From the IMG/VR virus record IMGVR_UViG_2778261268_000002: a DNA stretch of 64,000 bases. One strand, written 5' to 3'. Shown in pieces: positions 21,910-32,578 of this stretch (position 1 is the first letter of the stretch; each line of letters begins with the position of its first letter). The translations under genes were made by a program, and so were the position numbers. The stretch comes from a virus (Duplodnaviria; Heunggongvirae; Uroviricota; Caudoviricetes). The notes under the pieces are model-generated. The model was not told where the DNA came from. It made no database searches and saw only the letters and a program-made list of their open reading frames with translations.

Positions 21910-22203
21910 ATGTGGAGAGGTAATAGTCATGGCAAAAGCCAGATGATACTTACCGAATATAAGCTAGACCACAAAACCAATAAATCACGCTCAGTATATT
22001 TGCTCCGGCACAATAGCCGCGTAAGAAATACCGTTCTGGAGCAAAATCTGACCGTTGAAATGGATAATTTGGGAAACTTCAAGCCAACAATATCGCTTGA
22101 TGATTTTCCGTGTGGTTTAAGCGAAAGAGAAGCAATGCTGAAATTAGCAGAATGGCTACAAAGATTAAGCATTGCTATTGAAGATAACTGGTCTGAACCT
22201 TAA
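21910..22203 (+). CDS. hypothetical protein (97 aa)
   Basis: ATG 21910 with RBS GAGGT; the upstream part of the track ORF lacks an RBS. Confidence 0.4.
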   Translation: MWRGNSHGKSQMILTEYKLDHKTNKSRSVYLLRHNSRVRNTVLEQNLTVEMDNLGNFKPTISLDDFPCGLSEREAMLKLAEWLQRLSIAIEDNWSEP

Positions 22204-22209
22204 ATTAAT

Positions 22210-22584
22210 ATGATGACACTAAAACATTTTCTTGACCGCCCATTATGGGCGGCAGCCGCAGGCTATGACTTTAATTATATGGATTGCATGTCTTATACTG
22301 CCAATGCATACGACCATTCGTTCAGCCTGCTGTTTAATTCTTTAAGAATATTGCCGGAAACAGAAGTTGGAGAGCTTCATTTATGGATATTGGGCTTTAT
22401 CGCGGCTGGAGTTGGTATTGCCGTATGGCCTTTTATTTTCTGGCTGGTGGCTGTTGTAGTGTGGTTTAAGTGCAAGACGTACCGGAAAAAGTATTTCTTA
22501 GGTGATGGAATGACTGATATTGCCAAAATGAACATTGAAAAATGGACTAAGGAATGTGAAAAGAAATGGCGCAAAAAGAAATGA
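22210..22584 (+). CDS. membrane protein (two transmembrane segments)
   Basis: Hydrophobic stretch ELHLWILGFIAAGVGIAVWPFIFWLVAVVVWF. Confidence 0.45.
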   Translation: MMTLKHFLDRPLWAAAAGYDFNYMDCMSYTANAYDHSFSLLFNSLRILPETEVGELHLWILGFIAAGVGIAVWPFIFWLVAVVVWFKCKTYRKKYFLGDGMTDIAKMNIEKWTKECEKKWRKKK

Positions 22585-23246
22585 CTACTCTAACGACAGC
22601 ATACTTACAGCAATTGGTATTTTTTGCAGGCGAGGCTACTTGTCATCCTGACGCAAACTATTTATTGGAATTTGAGAGGTTAGCGTCACCCGGTATCGTT
22701 CTGGAACTGGCCCAACAGGTGCTGGCCTTGAGACAAAAAGAGCAACATGAAAGTAATACGTGTAGATTGAATTTTGAGCAGTGGCTGGAACAGCAACGCG
22801 GAAAAATCGATGTGGACTGTGGTTGTGTGTCCACTGAAACATTCATGCACTGGCTGCGGGTAGCTTACGAGGCTGGCAACTATCCGGATATTCCGGATAG
22901 TTCGGTGCCAGCGCCAGGAAAGGGCGTCACCGGTGAACGTATCCGCATTAAGCCGCATGTTTATCGCGAACTGGTTAACCGTCTCCACGATACAGCGATC
23001 AAGTGTGCTGGCACCCAGCAATTACGAGAAAGAATTAGCCGTGTTTTGGGCGACGTTATTACGCCAGATCATCATAAACAAGCCGAGAAAAGTGACCTGG
23101 AAAGGTGTCACCTTGAGGCGGCATTAAACATTAAGCCGGGGCATACGCTTGGCATTATCGATGCTCTGTTGGTTCATAAGATGGCCAGGGCTTTATTGCC
23201 GCTGGTGGCTGAAAAACATGAGGTGGACCATGCCAACGAAAGCTGA
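22566..23246 (+). CDS. hypothetical protein (226 aa)
   Basis: Long ORF overlapping neighbours at both ends; no motif recognised. Confidence 0.5.
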   Translation: MAQKEMTTLTTAYLQQLVFFAGEATCHPDANYLLEFERLASPGIVLELAQQVLALRQKEQHESNTCRLNFEQWLEQQRGKIDVDCGCVSTETFMHWLRVAYEAGNYPDIPDSSVPAPGKGVTGERIRIKPHVYRELVNRLHDTAIKCAGTQQLRERISRVLGDVITPDHHKQAEKSDLERCHLEAALNIKPGHTLGIIDALLVHKMARALLPLVAEKHEVDHANES

Positions 23247-23514
23247 GTTACAGGCGCGCATAGATATTCTTGAAAAAGAGAATGCGAGTCTAAAAGGAAT
23301 GCTGGCGCGGGCGGAAAGGGAATTATCAGGCAAATTATTGCCAGAAGAGCTGCCACCAGCAGATATACCTGATCGAGTGTCCTGGTGGATGAAGTATTTC
23401 CGTGCACCGTGGGAGGCGTTTTGGTGCTACGACCATCGCAGATGGTGTGATGAGCTTGATAGCAGTTTCCCCTATTTTGCGGAAGGGAACTCTTGCCCTG
23501 AATGTAGGAGTTAA
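23230..23514 (+). CDS. hypothetical protein with C-terminal CxxC module, paralog A
   Basis: RBS GAGGTGG before ATG 23230; C-terminus WCYDHRRWCDELDSSFPYFAEGNSCPEC. Confidence 0.45.
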   Translation: MPTKAELQARIDILEKENASLKGMLARAERELSGKLLPEELPPADIPDRVSWWMKYFRAPWEAFWCYDHRRWCDELDSSFPYFAEGNSCPECRS

Positions 23515-23819
23515 TGATGACCGGCGAGCTTTATTTTAAAATGGCACGGGAGCGGCGTGTGCATCTGGATCGGATATTTCATCTCCAGAAGAGAGTAGAA
23601 GAACTGGAACGTCGTCTGAACTGTTATCCTGTTGATATGGTGTCTGCAATACCGCCGATTCCAATAGAAATGCAGATCCGCCTATGGATGGAAGAATATG
23701 GAATGCCGTGGGAGATATTTTTCTGCTTCGACCATAAACAGTGGGTAGATGAGCTGGATAATAGTTTCCCATATTTCACAGAGAACACATGCCCAGTATG
23801 CAGGAAGAACGGAATATGA
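23514..23819 (+). CDS. hypothetical protein with C-terminal CxxC module, paralog B
   Basis: RBS AGGAG; C-terminus FCFDHKQWVDELDNSFPYFTENTCPVC paralogous to the upstream gene. Confidence 0.45.
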   Translation: MMTGELYFKMARERRVHLDRIFHLQKRVEELERRLNCYPVDMVSAIPPIPIEMQIRLWMEEYGMPWEIFFCFDHKQWVDELDNSFPYFTENTCPVCRKNGI

Positions 23820-24340
23820 CAAAATTTGGAAAGCTGGAAGCTCATTTGCTAACTCGTAACTACCGCCATGATATACACCCATATAGACAGTGGATCGATG
23901 AAAGCGAAGGAGTAGTTACATTCCCTCTATACAGGTTTGATGGGATGTTGGCTGGGTATCAGACATATAGACCAGGTGCTCCTAAGCAGCATAGCAATCC
24001 GAAGATGGCCCGGTATTTCACGCGATCACACGGCAGACAATTACTTTGGGGAACCTATCTTCCTTTAAAAGATGGCCCAATATGGATAACTGAGTCTATT
24101 TTTAAGAGCGCAGCTGTACACAATGCGGGCGGCAATTCGTGGGCGCTGTTAGGTTCGACTTTCTCCGCAGGATTACGCCGTCAACTTGCGATGCTGCCGT
24201 ATGACTTTCGTGTAATAGGTGACAATGATGCGGCTGGTGAATTACTTGTGAAGTCTTTCGGAAAAGGTTTTGTGGCCCCGGATCTTGACGAGCTACAACC
24301 ACATGAAGTGTCTCATTTGATTTTTAGCCATAGCCAATAA
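23816..24340 (+). CDS. hypothetical protein (174 aa)
   Basis: ATG 23816 with RBS AGGAAG 8 nt upstream. Confidence 0.45.
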   Translation: MTKFGKLEAHLLTRNYRHDIHPYRQWIDESEGVVTFPLYRFDGMLAGYQTYRPGAPKQHSNPKMARYFTRSHGRQLLWGTYLPLKDGPIWITESIFKSAAVHNAGGNSWALLGSTFSAGLRRQLAMLPYDFRVIGDNDAAGELLVKSFGKGFVAPDLDELQPHEVSHLIFSHSQ

Positions 24341-24400
24341 GCATCTCTCCCCTTTGAGGCCACAATTAGTGGCCTTAAACAATGTGTTTTCTACCTCGAT

Positions 24401-24982
24401 TTAGCCTCTATTATCGTTTTGCATTTCTCTAATCCGGTTCAGAACTACTTCATGCTGGGCTTGGATAGCGGCTTTTTCGTTTTCAAGTCGGGCAATAGAC
24501 ATCTCTAATTCTTTGCTGTACCAGGCGAGTTGGGCCAGGTTCATCCGGTTGTGGTCGAGAGTTGGAGACACTTCGACGCGATCCCTTTCTTCCTGCTTTA
24601 ATGAGAAGAGATTCATCTCATCCCTTGAGGAAAATTCAGCAACAATTTCTTGTTGATGATCCGGTCGCTGCGGCATCCTCGCCAGTATAAATGGCGGTTC
24701 TTTTGAAAACATGAATGACGGTTTAGACCGTGTTTTGACCCATCTAGCTTGCTGTCTTTCGGCAAGTTCACAGGCTTCATCATAGTTATCTACAAAACCA
24801 AGCACGGATGGACGGTCCCACGCGCCACCATTCAGACAATAAACAAGAATTTTCCCGTCAGGTTCTGTAACTCCATAGGGATGGTCCCACCAGGCGTCCA
24901 GCTGGGCTTTGGAGCGTTTCTCGTTAGGAGTGCAGTCAAAATTTTTGGGCAATGCAGGATCGAGAGGAATGCGGGCAGGCAT
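24401..24982 (-). CDS. hypothetical protein, divergent from humD and sharing the LexA-box region
   Basis: 193-aa ORF; RBS AAGGAA upstream on the minus strand. Confidence 0.5.
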   Translation of the reverse strand: MPARIPLDPALPKNFDCTPNEKRSKAQLDAWWDHPYGVTEPDGKILVYCLNGGAWDRPSVLGFVDNYDEACELAERQQARWVKTRSKPSFMFSKEPPFILARMPQRPDHQQEIVAEFSSRDEMNLFSLKQEERDRVEVSPTLDHNRMNLAQLAWYSKELEMSIARLENEKAAIQAQHEVVLNRIREMQNDNRG

Positions 24983-25116
24983 GGCTAATTCCTTATTAAT
25001 TGATTAGTAACGAGGTTACGCTGATCCAGCGGTGATGAATAGTAGCAAAGCGCACAAAGTCATCAGAGGGGTTAAGATCCATAACGCGTTTGCACCAAAG
25101 GTGTCTCTTTAATGTA

Positions 25117-25136
25117 TACTGTATAAATGAACAGTA
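25117..25136. promoter_or_regulatory. LexA (SOS) box
   Basis: TACTGTATAAATGAACAGTA matches CTGT-N8-ACAG, 20 bp upstream of humD. Confidence 0.65.
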
Positions 25137-25155
25137 TTATTGAGGTGAAAACGCT

Positions 25156-25545
25156 ATGGGCTTCCCTTCTCCTGCGGCGGATTATGTTGAAAGCCGAATT
25201 TCTCTTGATCAGCAACTAATCAGGCATCCATCAGCAACCTACTTCATGCGGGCAGCTGATAGCCATCACCGTGAGGGAATATTGCAGGGTGCTTTGCTGG
25301 TGGTTGATTCTTCGCTTACTCCAGTTGATGGTTCGCTGCTTGTGTGCGCTATGGAGGGTGAATATCGCATAAAGAGATACCGAAAGTATCCGCGCCAGCA
25401 CCTGGAGGATTTAAGCACCGGGAAGAAAGAGGCGTTACCAGTAGATGACGATGGATGCACGGGCAGTAATGCTGTGTTTGGTGTGATCACTCATGTCATT
25501 AATGATGCCCGAAGTGGGGAATTTGATGATTGTCCGGTGATTTAA
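25156..25545 (+). CDS. humD: UmuD'-like translesion synthesis accessory protein (P1 HumD)
   Basis: GFPSPAADYVE..LDQQLI.HPSATYF aligns with E. coli UmuD from the post-cleavage Gly25 onward; RBS GAGGTG. Confidence 0.8.
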   Translation: MGFPSPAADYVESRISLDQQLIRHPSATYFMRAADSHHREGILQGALLVVDSSLTPVDGSLLVCAMEGEYRIKRYRKYPRQHLEDLSTGKKEALPVDDDGCTGSNAVFGVITHVINDARSGEFDDCPVI

Positions 25546-25617
25546 GCTGCAAAGTGCTGGTGCTTTATGCCTGTGACGTTTATAATTGTGTACACATAAC
25601 GAGTACACGAGGTGTTT

Positions 25618-25839
25618 ATGCAATCCATTAACTTCCGTACCGCGCGCGGCAACCTTTCTGAAGTGCTCAACAATGTTGAAGCCGGGGAAGAGGTTGAAAT
25701 CACCCGCAGAGGCCGTGAGCCAGCAGTAATTGTCAGCAAGGCTACTTTCGAAGCCTACAAAAAAGCGGCGCTGGATGCTGAATTTGCATCCCTGTTTGAC
25801 ACCCTGGACTCCACCAACAAGGAACTGGTTAACCGATAA
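25618..25839 (+). CDS. phd: Phd antitoxin
   Basis: 73 aa starting [32 protein letters not shown], matching recalled P1 Phd; palindromic operator-like sequences upstream. Confidence 0.9.
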
Positions 25840-26219
25840 TGAGGCATATATCACCGGAAGAACTTATTGCGCTTCATGATGCGAATATAAGCCGCTACGG
25901 CGGCCTGCCTGGCATGTCAGATCCGGGCAGGGCAGAGGCCATTATCGGGAGAGTTCAGGCCAGAGTTGCCTACGAAGAGATCACCGACCTTTTCGAAGTC
26001 TCCGCCACCTACCTAGTGGCTACAGCGAGAGGGCATATATTCAATGATGCCAATAAGCGTACCGCGCTAAACAGCGCGCTGCTATTTCTACGCCGTAACG
26101 GGGTGCAGGTATTTGATTCACCTGAACTGGCAGACCTTACTGTAGGCGCTGCGACTGGCGAGATATCTGTATCTTCTGTCGCCGACACGTTACGTAGATT
26201 GTATGGTTCTGCGGAGTAG
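25839..26219 (+). CDS. doc: Doc toxin (Fic-fold kinase)
   Basis: 126 aa; start overlaps phd stop (TAATG); [19 protein letters not shown] Fic-like motif. Confidence 0.9.
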
Positions 26220-26223
26220 ATTA

Positions 26224-26403
26224 ATGGCACGTAAATACAACAAGTTGTCCCGTGAAGCGTTAAAGATGCTTCTTGATGGCGTGAGTCGCCGCGAGGTAAA
26301 GCAATACCTGGTTGGTAAGCAAGTTGGTGTCAGGACCGCTATTGCTGTGTTATGCCGTCAGGAAATGGTTGTGCTTAAACAGAGAATGCCGGGCAGCAGA
26401 TAA
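26224..26403 (+). CDS. hypothetical small protein (59 aa)
   Basis: RBS GGAG before ATG 26224, immediately after doc. Confidence 0.4.
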   Translation: MARKYNKLSREALKMLLDGVSRREVKQYLVGKQVGVRTAIAVLCRQEMVVLKQRMPGSR

Positions 26404-26430
26404 AGCCCAATCAGTGATGAAAGGTGTGAT

Positions 26431-27474
26431 GTGAAAGCCGTAATTACTCCCTTTGTACAAAAAGAGCTTGGCGTCGCCACATTCAAAGTGGATCAGGAGG
26501 TCAGAAAGCTGGTGGAGGCTGGCCGTAAATTTATTATGGAGCCGGTGCCGCGTGAGTTAATCGAGCACATGGACGACGGCCTCGTTGTTTCCGAGCAAAC
26601 TATGGCAACAAATGAGGCGTTGCAGCCGTTTTTTAACAGCGATGAACTGTTTCGCCGTATTGGTGGGATTGACTCGCTGGTGGCGTGGTTGCGCAGGAAA
26701 GAGGGGCAATGCCAGGCCGCAGATCGTAGTTGGTGTGACAACCATATTGTCCACGCTGAACGAGACAATAGCGCGGTGTTGTTGTGCTGGCATCACGATA
26801 ACCATTACCGGATGCGTGGTTTTAATGAGCTGAAAGAAACGCTGCATAATAATCGCGTTAACTGGATACTGGATGTCGCCCGTCAGGAAATGGGGCTTTC
26901 AGATGGCCATGATTTAAGTATTCAGGAACTGTGCTGGTGGGCTTTCATGCGCAACATGATGCACCTGATGCCGGAAGAAGTTTGCCGTATATCAATAAAT
27001 AAGATGAAAGCCGCAACGCAGGATAGCGGACCTCTGAAAGAGGCGGATATTCGCCCGTATGACGATCGCGCTACAGCATATGTTCAGATGATGGAAGAAC
27101 GCGCCGCGCCGATGCGTGCAAAAGTATGCCCTGTGGATGTTGACTCCGACCCTGGCATGGCGCATTTCAAAATACCAAAACTGCAATCGCTAAAATTACC
27201 TGAGTACATGGACTTTGTTGCTTCCCGTCCATGCTGTGGGTGTGGAGCGGCGGGAGCTGGCGCTCACATTATGCCTTATATCGTTCGTCATAGTCGATTA
27301 TGCGCGCATGACATTTACGCAATTCCTCTGTGCCAGTCATGCCAGCGTGATATTGAGCGTGACCGCGATAATTGGGAGAAGACGCACGGTAGGCTGGCGA
27401 TGCATCAACGATTGTTCTTTGATTACGCGCTTGGAGTCGGCGCTATCACAAGTCACTCGTCGAGCGTTAGATAA
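26431..27474 (+). CDS. hypothetical cysteine-rich protein (347 aa)
   Basis: GTG start with RBS AAAGGTG; C-terminal [12 protein letters not shown]...C..C..C cluster. Confidence 0.55.
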   Translation: MKAVITPFVQKELGVATFKVDQEVRKLVEAGRKFIMEPVPRELIEHMDDGLVVSEQTMATNEALQPFFNSDELFRRIGGIDSLVAWLRRKEGQCQAADRSWCDNHIVHAERDNSAVLLCWHHDNHYRMRGFNELKETLHNNRVNWILDVARQEMGLSDGHDLSIQELCWWAFMRNMMHLMPEEVCRISINKMKAATQDSGPLKEADIRPYDDRATAYVQMMEERAAPMRAKVCPVDVDSDPGMAHFKIPKLQSLKLPEYMDFVASRPCCGCGAAGAGAHIMPYIVRHSRLCAHDIYAIPLCQSCQRDIERDRDNWEKTHGRLAMHQRLFFDYALGVGAITSHSSSVR

Positions 27475-27475
27475 A

Positions 27476-27492
27476 ATTGCTCTAATGTATTG
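27476..27492. promoter_or_regulatory. C1 operator-like site upstream of lpa
   Basis: ATTGCTCTAATGTATTG matches the consensus core. Confidence 0.6.
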
Positions 27493-27562
27493 CTATTTCT
27501 TTAATCGAGGGTATTATATTCCACGTTGATTAGTTGACATGGGCTAATCAGTAGGTGACAGG

Positions 27563-28015
27563 ATGTTACTTAACTGGCAGGGACGCCACTTCATGGAAAT
27601 AAATCACTCACGAATAACATCGTACGAGATTGCGGATTACATGATCCGCACTAAATCTCTTCTATCAGCGAAAGAACTCGCAGCAATTCTTGAAAAGGAA
27701 TACCCGCATCTGGATGTCGATAAGCGCGATGTTTATCTGCGCTTAAAGGCTATCGCTGTGTCTAAGTATTCGTCTGTTTTGATTGATGACAGTACACGCC
27801 CACGTAGATTTCAGATCCACTCTCTGAATCCTGAATTCTTTCGCCGTAGCCGCGCTCCGCGCCGGTTTGATGAAAAACTCCAGAACGAACTCTATATGAC
27901 GCAGGACGAAAAGGAACGCCGGGAGCACCAGCCTTGGGTAATGGCGCGTCAACTTTTCAATAAGGTGGCCCGTCAGCACCGTCATTACGGTAATGCCACA
28001 TCCGCACGTATCTGA
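27563..28015 (+). CDS. lpa: late promoter activator (P1 Lpa-like)
   Basis: 150-aa ORF with RBS AGGTGA, between phd-doc and pacA and preceded by a C1 operator; assigned by synteny and size, not sequence recall. Confidence 0.65.
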   Translation: MLLNWQGRHFMEINHSRITSYEIADYMIRTKSLLSAKELAAILEKEYPHLDVDKRDVYLRLKAIAVSKYSSVLIDDSTRPRRFQIHSLNPEFFRRSRAPRRFDEKLQNELYMTQDEKERREHQPWVMARQLFNKVARQHRHYGNATSARI

Positions 28016-28100
28016 TTGATTGCTTGCCCGTTCCGGGCCTTTTGACATGTGACTTTCGTTACCCTCGCGTCAAAAAGAGTTTTTACGAAAGGAAGCATAA

Positions 28101-29294
28101 GTGACCTGGGACGATCACAAGAAGAATTTTGCTCGCCTGGCGCGAGATGGTGGTTACACCATCGCACAGTATGCCGCCGAGTTTAATCTTAACCCTAATA
28201 CTGCACGTCGTTATCTCCGTGCCTTCAAAGAAGACACTAGGACAGCGGACAGCCGCAAGCCAAATAAGCCAGTCAGGAAGCCACTAAAAAGCATGATCAT
28301 TGATCACTCTAATGATCAACATGCAGGTGATCACATTGCGGCTGAAATAGCGGAAAAACAAAGGGTTAATGCCGTTGTCAGTGCCGCAGTCGAGAATGCG
28401 AAGCGCCAAAATAAGCGCATAAATGATCGTTCTGATGATCATGACGTGATCACCCGCGCCCACCGGACCTTACGTGATCGCCTGGAACGCGACACCCTGG
28501 ATGATGATGGTGAACGCTTTGAATTCGAAGCTGGCGATTACCTGATAGATAACGTTGAAGCGCGGAAGGCCGCGCGCGCTATGTTGCGTCGGTCCGGGGC
28601 CGATGTTCTGGAAACCACTCTTCTGGAAAAGTCTCTTTCTCATCTCCTTATGCTGGAGAATGCCAGGGATACGTGTATTCGTCTGGTGCAGGAAATGCGC
28701 GATCAGCAAAAAGACGATGATGAAGGGACTCCGCCTGAATATCGTATCGCGAGCATGCTAAACAGCTGTTCCGCGCAGATAAGCAGCCTGATCAACACCA
28801 TTTACAGCATCCGGAATAACTATCGAAAAGAAAGCCGGGAGGCGGAAAAGCACGCTTTATCTATGGGGCAAGCTGGCATTGTTAAGCTGGCATACGAACG
28901 AAAGCGTGAAAATAACTGGTCAGTGCTGGAAGCAGCTGAATTCATCGAGGCGCATGGCGGAAAAGTGCCGCCCCTGATGCTGGAGCAAATCAAAGCCGAT
29001 CTGCGTGCTCCTAAGACCAATACCGATGATGAGGAAAGGCAAACAGCCGTCGGTGGCCCTTCTCTTGAAGATCTGGACAAAGTTGCGCGAGAACGGGCCG
29101 CCAACCGCCGCGCCGATGCCGCATTGTGGATTGAGCAGCGTAGGGAAGAAATCGCCGATATCGTTGATACAGGCGGTTATGGAGATGTTGATACTGAAGG
29201 TGTATCAAACGACCCATGGCTGGAACAAGACCTGGACGAAGACGAGGAGGAAGACGAAGAAGTTACCCGCAAGCTATACGGGGATGATGATTAA
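28101..29294 (+). CDS. pacA: terminase small subunit PacA
   Basis: 397 aa, GTG start with RBS AGGAAG; contains the 4+3 TGATCA pac hexamer clusters; N-terminal helix-turn-helix-like region. Confidence 0.9.
   Translation: MTWDDHKKNFARLARDGGYTIAQYAAEFNLNPNTARRYLRAFKEDTRTADSRKPNKPVRKPLKSMIIDHSNDQHAGDHIAAEIAEKQRVNAVVSAAVENAKRQNKRINDRSDDHDVITRAHRTLRDRLERDTLDDDGERFEFEAGDYLIDNVEARKAARAMLRRSGADVLETTLLEKSLSHLLMLENARDTCIRLVQEMRDQQKDDDEGTPPEYRIASMLNSCSAQISSLINTIYSIRNNYRKESREAEKHALSMGQAGIVKLAYERKRENNWSVLEAAEFIEAHGGKVPPLMLEQIKADLRAPKTNTDDEERQTAVGGPSLEDLDKVARERAANRRADAALWIEQRREEIADIVDTGGYGDVDTEGVSNDPWLEQDLDEDEEEDEEVTRKLYGDDD
28294..28452. other. pac packaging site (seven TGATCA/G hexamers in two clusters)
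   Basis: TGATCA at 28294, 28301, 28313, 28328; TGATCG at 28424; TGATCA at 28436, 28447. Confidence 0.85.
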
Positions 29295-30778
29295 TGGCCA
29301 GAAGTTGCGTAACGGATCCACGTTGGCGCGAGCTGGTGGCGCTATATCGTTATGACTGGATTGCTGCCGCTGATGTTTTGTTCGGCAAAACACCTACCTG
29401 GCAGCAGGATCTGATTATTGAGTCTGTGCAGGAACAGGGTAGCAAGACATCTGTTTCGTCTGGTCACGGTACCGGGAAATCAGACATGACTTCTATCATG
29501 ATCATGTTGTTCATAATCATGTATCCCGGTGCCCGCGCCATTATCGTTGCGAACAAAATTCAGCAGGTAATGACCGGTATATTCAAGTACATCAAGATAA
29601 ACTGGGCTACTGCCACCAGCCGTTTTCCATGGCTTGCTGATTATTTTGTTCTGACAGAAACCGCTTTCTATGAGGTTACTGGTAAAGGTGTATGGACTGT
29701 AGTACCGAAGGGCTTTCGTCTGGGAAGTGAAGAAGCTCTCGCCGGTGAACACGCAGATCATCTTCTGTATATTATCGATGAAGCCTCCGGTGTCAGTGAT
29801 AGAGCTTTCGGTATCATCACCGGTGCTCTTACCGGACAGGATAACCGCATCTTATTACTGTCACAGCCTACACGCCCAAGCGGCTATTTCTACGATACTC
29901 ACCATAAACTGGCCAAGCGTCCTGGTAACCCTGATGGCGTTTATACGGCGATCACGCTTAACAGTGAGGAATCACCGCTGGTAACGCCAGCATTTATCAA
30001 AATGAAGCTGGCGGAGTACGGCGGGCGTGATAACCCTATGTACATGATTAAGGTACGCGGACTATTCCCTAAATCACAGGATGGCTTCCTTCTTGGACGT
30101 GATGAGGTTGAACGTGCGACGCGGCGGAAAGTCAAGATTGCCAAAGGATGGGGCTGGCTTGCATGTGTGGACGTTGCTGGTGGTACGGGACGGGATAAGT
30201 CCGTTATCAATATCATGATGGTGTCCGGCCAGAGAAATAAACGCCGTGTAATCAACTATCGAATGCTGGAATACACAGACGTTACAGAAACGCAGCTTGC
30301 CGCCAAAATTTTCGCAGAATGTAATCCTGAGCGATTCCCAAATATCACCATAGCGATAGACGGCGATGGGCTGGGTAAAGCAACGGCGGATCTGATGTAC
30401 GAGTATTATGGTATTACCGTACAGCGTATACGCTGGGGTAAAAAGATGCATAGCCGTGAAGATAAGAGCCTGTACTTTGATAAACGTGCTTATGCCAACG
30501 TTCAAGCCGCAGAGGCCGTAAAATCAGGTCGTATGAGACTGGATAAGGGTAATGAAACTATTGAGGAAGCGTCGAAAATCCCTGTAGGGATTAACTCCGC
30601 AGGTCAATGGAAGGTGATGAGTAAGGAGGATATGAAGAAAAAACTCAACCTGCACTCACCAGACCATTGGGATACATATTGTTTCGCTATGCTGGCGGAT
30701 TATGTTCCCCAGGATGAAGTGCTTAGCGTCGAAGACGAAGCGCAGGTTGATGAAGCTCTGGCATGGCTTAATGAATAA
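29294..30778 (+). CDS. pacB: terminase large subunit PacB
   Basis: 494 aa; start overlaps pacA stop (TAATG); Walker A-like SSGHGTGKS and ATPase-nuclease layout. Confidence 0.9.
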   Translation: MARSCVTDPRWRELVALYRYDWIAAADVLFGKTPTWQQDLIIESVQEQGSKTSVSSGHGTGKSDMTSIMIMLFIIMYPGARAIIVANKIQQVMTGIFKYIKINWATATSRFPWLADYFVLTETAFYEVTGKGVWTVVPKGFRLGSEEALAGEHADHLLYIIDEASGVSDRAFGIITGALTGQDNRILLLSQPTRPSGYFYDTHHKLAKRPGNPDGVYTAITLNSEESPLVTPAFIKMKLAEYGGRDNPMYMIKVRGLFPKSQDGFLLGRDEVERATRRKVKIAKGWGWLACVDVAGGTGRDKSVINIMMVSGQRNKRRVINYRMLEYTDVTETQLAAKIFAECNPERFPNITIAIDGDGLGKATADLMYEYYGITVQRIRWGKKMHSREDKSLYFDKRAYANVQAAEAVKSGRMRLDKGNETIEEASKIPVGINSAGQWKVMSKEDMKKKLNLHSPDHWDTYCFAMLADYVPQDEVLSVEDEAQVDEALAWLNE

Positions 30779-30802
30779 CTCATTGACCATGCCGGATGGA
30801 AA

Positions 30803-31654
30803 CTATTGCGCGCTTTCGGGGTTGTCGTTTACTGGCTGCCCTTTCTTAGTTTTACGGCTGCGCGTAACTGATGCGGCTGATTTGACCTTTTTCTCTTCGC
30901 GAGTGATGGCAATTTGTTTTTTTACATTTTCAATATCTGCCAGGCGATATATTTTTGCCTGCGGCCAGCGGTCGCAGATGATCGGTTCTATAGAGTCATA
31001 AAGGCTAAATTTTGCTTTCTCGAATTCACCGTTGATGATAATTCCATCACGGAGAGTTTCATCGCAGATAAACACACCACATAGCGGCACATGGTAACTA
31101 ACTGATTTACCATCATTGTAGTTAGGGCTACTAGAAATGTAATGGACGCGCAGCATTGTTTCGCTAAAGCCGTGTACGCGCATACGGAATTTTTCATCCT
31201 CCGGGTACTGCTTCATTAGCTCTTTTGTTGCTTCCAGGTTCTCTATGTATTTCGCACTGTGCTCATTGATCCCTGCGCTTTTCTGGATGCGAATGTCCTT
31301 ATCAATCAGATGAATAATGCGGCCAGCGGTCATGTTGACGCTGTTCACAGCTTCTGTCTGATAAGTCGTAACCTTACGCACACCGCGAAGGATGTTAGGC
31401 ACTGGATATAAAATAGTCTTTGGGATATTGAGGTCTGGGTACTGTTCCAGTTCCCGCGCCATTAAAGTCCATTTATCAATTTCAGCCTGAATGCTGTCAG
31501 TTTCTTTGAACGGCAGAACGACAACCGGGCGTACAGGACGACCGTCGCTGGCGGCATCAACGTGTTGGGCGCGTGCAACAGCTTTTTTTAGAAAGAGATC
31601 CCTGAAGCTGACGAACTCCTGGTACAGTTGTTCGCCGTAGACATAATTTATCAT
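30803..31654 (-). CDS. c1: C1 repressor of lysis
   Basis: 283 aa (size recalled for P1 C1), convergent with pacB and adjacent to coi, loxP and cre. Confidence 0.85.
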   Translation of the reverse strand: MINYVYGEQLYQEFVSFRDLFLKKAVARAQHVDAASDGRPVRPVVVLPFKETDSIQAEIDKWTLMARELEQYPDLNIPKTILYPVPNILRGVRKVTTYQTEAVNSVNMTAGRIIHLIDKDIRIQKSAGINEHSAKYIENLEATKELMKQYPEDEKFRMRVHGFSETMLRVHYISSSPNYNDGKSVSYHVPLCGVFICDETLRDGIIINGEFEKAKFSLYDSIEPIICDRWPQAKIYRLADIENVKKQIAITREEKKVKSAASVTRSRKTKKGQPVNDNPESAQ

Positions 31655-31748
31655 TGATCCTCCTCCAGAATTGACATGGCCAACAACTCACAGCGGATTA
31701 CACTGGGAGTTGTTGGCCACCATTATAGAAGGATCCAACGAAAATAAT

Positions 31749-31765
31749 AGATTTATTAGTGCATT
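31749..31765. promoter_or_regulatory. C1 operator-like site (degenerate)
   Basis: ATAGATTTATTAGTGCATT-type match, 3 mismatches, at the 3' end of coi. Confidence 0.35.
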
Positions 31766-31974
31766 TATTGTGAGTCTGGCTGGTTAGTGGCCATGAGATA
31801 TTCGATTGTGTCAGTGAGATCATCCAGGTCGTCTTGGGTGATGCGGTACTCCTGATTGGATATCTTTGAGTAGTGTTCAGCAATGGCGCGGGCAGCGTCG
31901 GTTTCGGCGGGGTCTACAGATAAAGCGTTAGAGCAATGTCTAACGTCGTCGATGGTTGGTGGAATGAAAGCCAT
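31765..31974 (-). CDS. coi: C1 inactivator Coi
   Basis: 69-aa ORF upstream of c1 on the same strand, as in the P1 immC region. Confidence 0.8.
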   Translation of the reverse strand: MAFIPPTIDDVRHCSNALSVDPAETDAARAIAEHYSKISNQEYRITQDDLDDLTDTIEYLMATNQPDSQ

Positions 31975-32212
31975 AATTATGCCTCACTGTATTGACAACA
32001 CAGAGCCTGAAGCTCTGACCTACTGTTTCACCCATGTTCCATGCTGGGGTAATCTAACAACATTGCGCTGTGTGTAAGATGAGCAATGCATAGCTGTAAT
32101 GCCGTTGTATAAGGTTTCCCTGTTTGCTCATTTCCTTCTGAGCCGCTCTACAACGCTGAAGACACATTAAATAGTGAATCCAAAGTCGTATTACGAAACG
32201 GCGGCAAAACTA

Positions 32213-32229
32213 TAATTTATTAGAGCAAT
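32213..32229. promoter_or_regulatory. C1 operator-like site
   Basis: TAATTTATTAGAGCAAT, 1 mismatch to the reverse-complement consensus. Confidence 0.6.
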
Positions 32230-32295
32230 TGTCAAACAACTATGAAAAACAATCCAGTTTTTGGCTGGTGGAGTGGGATTATTCTCTCAAAATTT

Positions 32296-32312
32296 ATTGC
32301 TCTAATAATTCT
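32296..32312. promoter_or_regulatory. C1 operator-like site
   Basis: ATTGCTCTAATAATTCT. Confidence 0.6.
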
Positions 32313-32355
32313 TGATTTTTATGCGCAGCTGGACGTAAACTCCTCTTCAGACCTA

Positions 32356-32389
32356 ATAACTTCGTATAGCATACATTATACGAAGTTAT
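32356..32389. other. loxP site-specific recombination site
   Basis: Exact ATAACTTCGTATA-GCATACAT-TATACGAAGTTAT. Confidence 0.97.
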
Positions 32390-32406
32390 CTTAAGGGTTA
32401 TTGAAC

Positions 32407-32481
32407 ATGATCAATTTACCTGTAAATCCATACAGTTCAATACCTTATCAGGTCAAATAGTGATCACTTGATCATTTGATC
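32407..32481. promoter_or_regulatory. cluster of four TGATCA (Dam GATC) hexamers in the cre upstream region
   Basis: TGATCA at 32407, 32460, 32468, 32476. Confidence 0.5.
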
Positions 32482-32578
32482 AAGGTTGCGCTACGTAAAA
32501 TCTGCGAAATGTTGGCAGTGTTAGTGCTCCAGATTTCGCGTAGCGCACTTAGCACCACCAATCAATCAGAGGTGAAAA

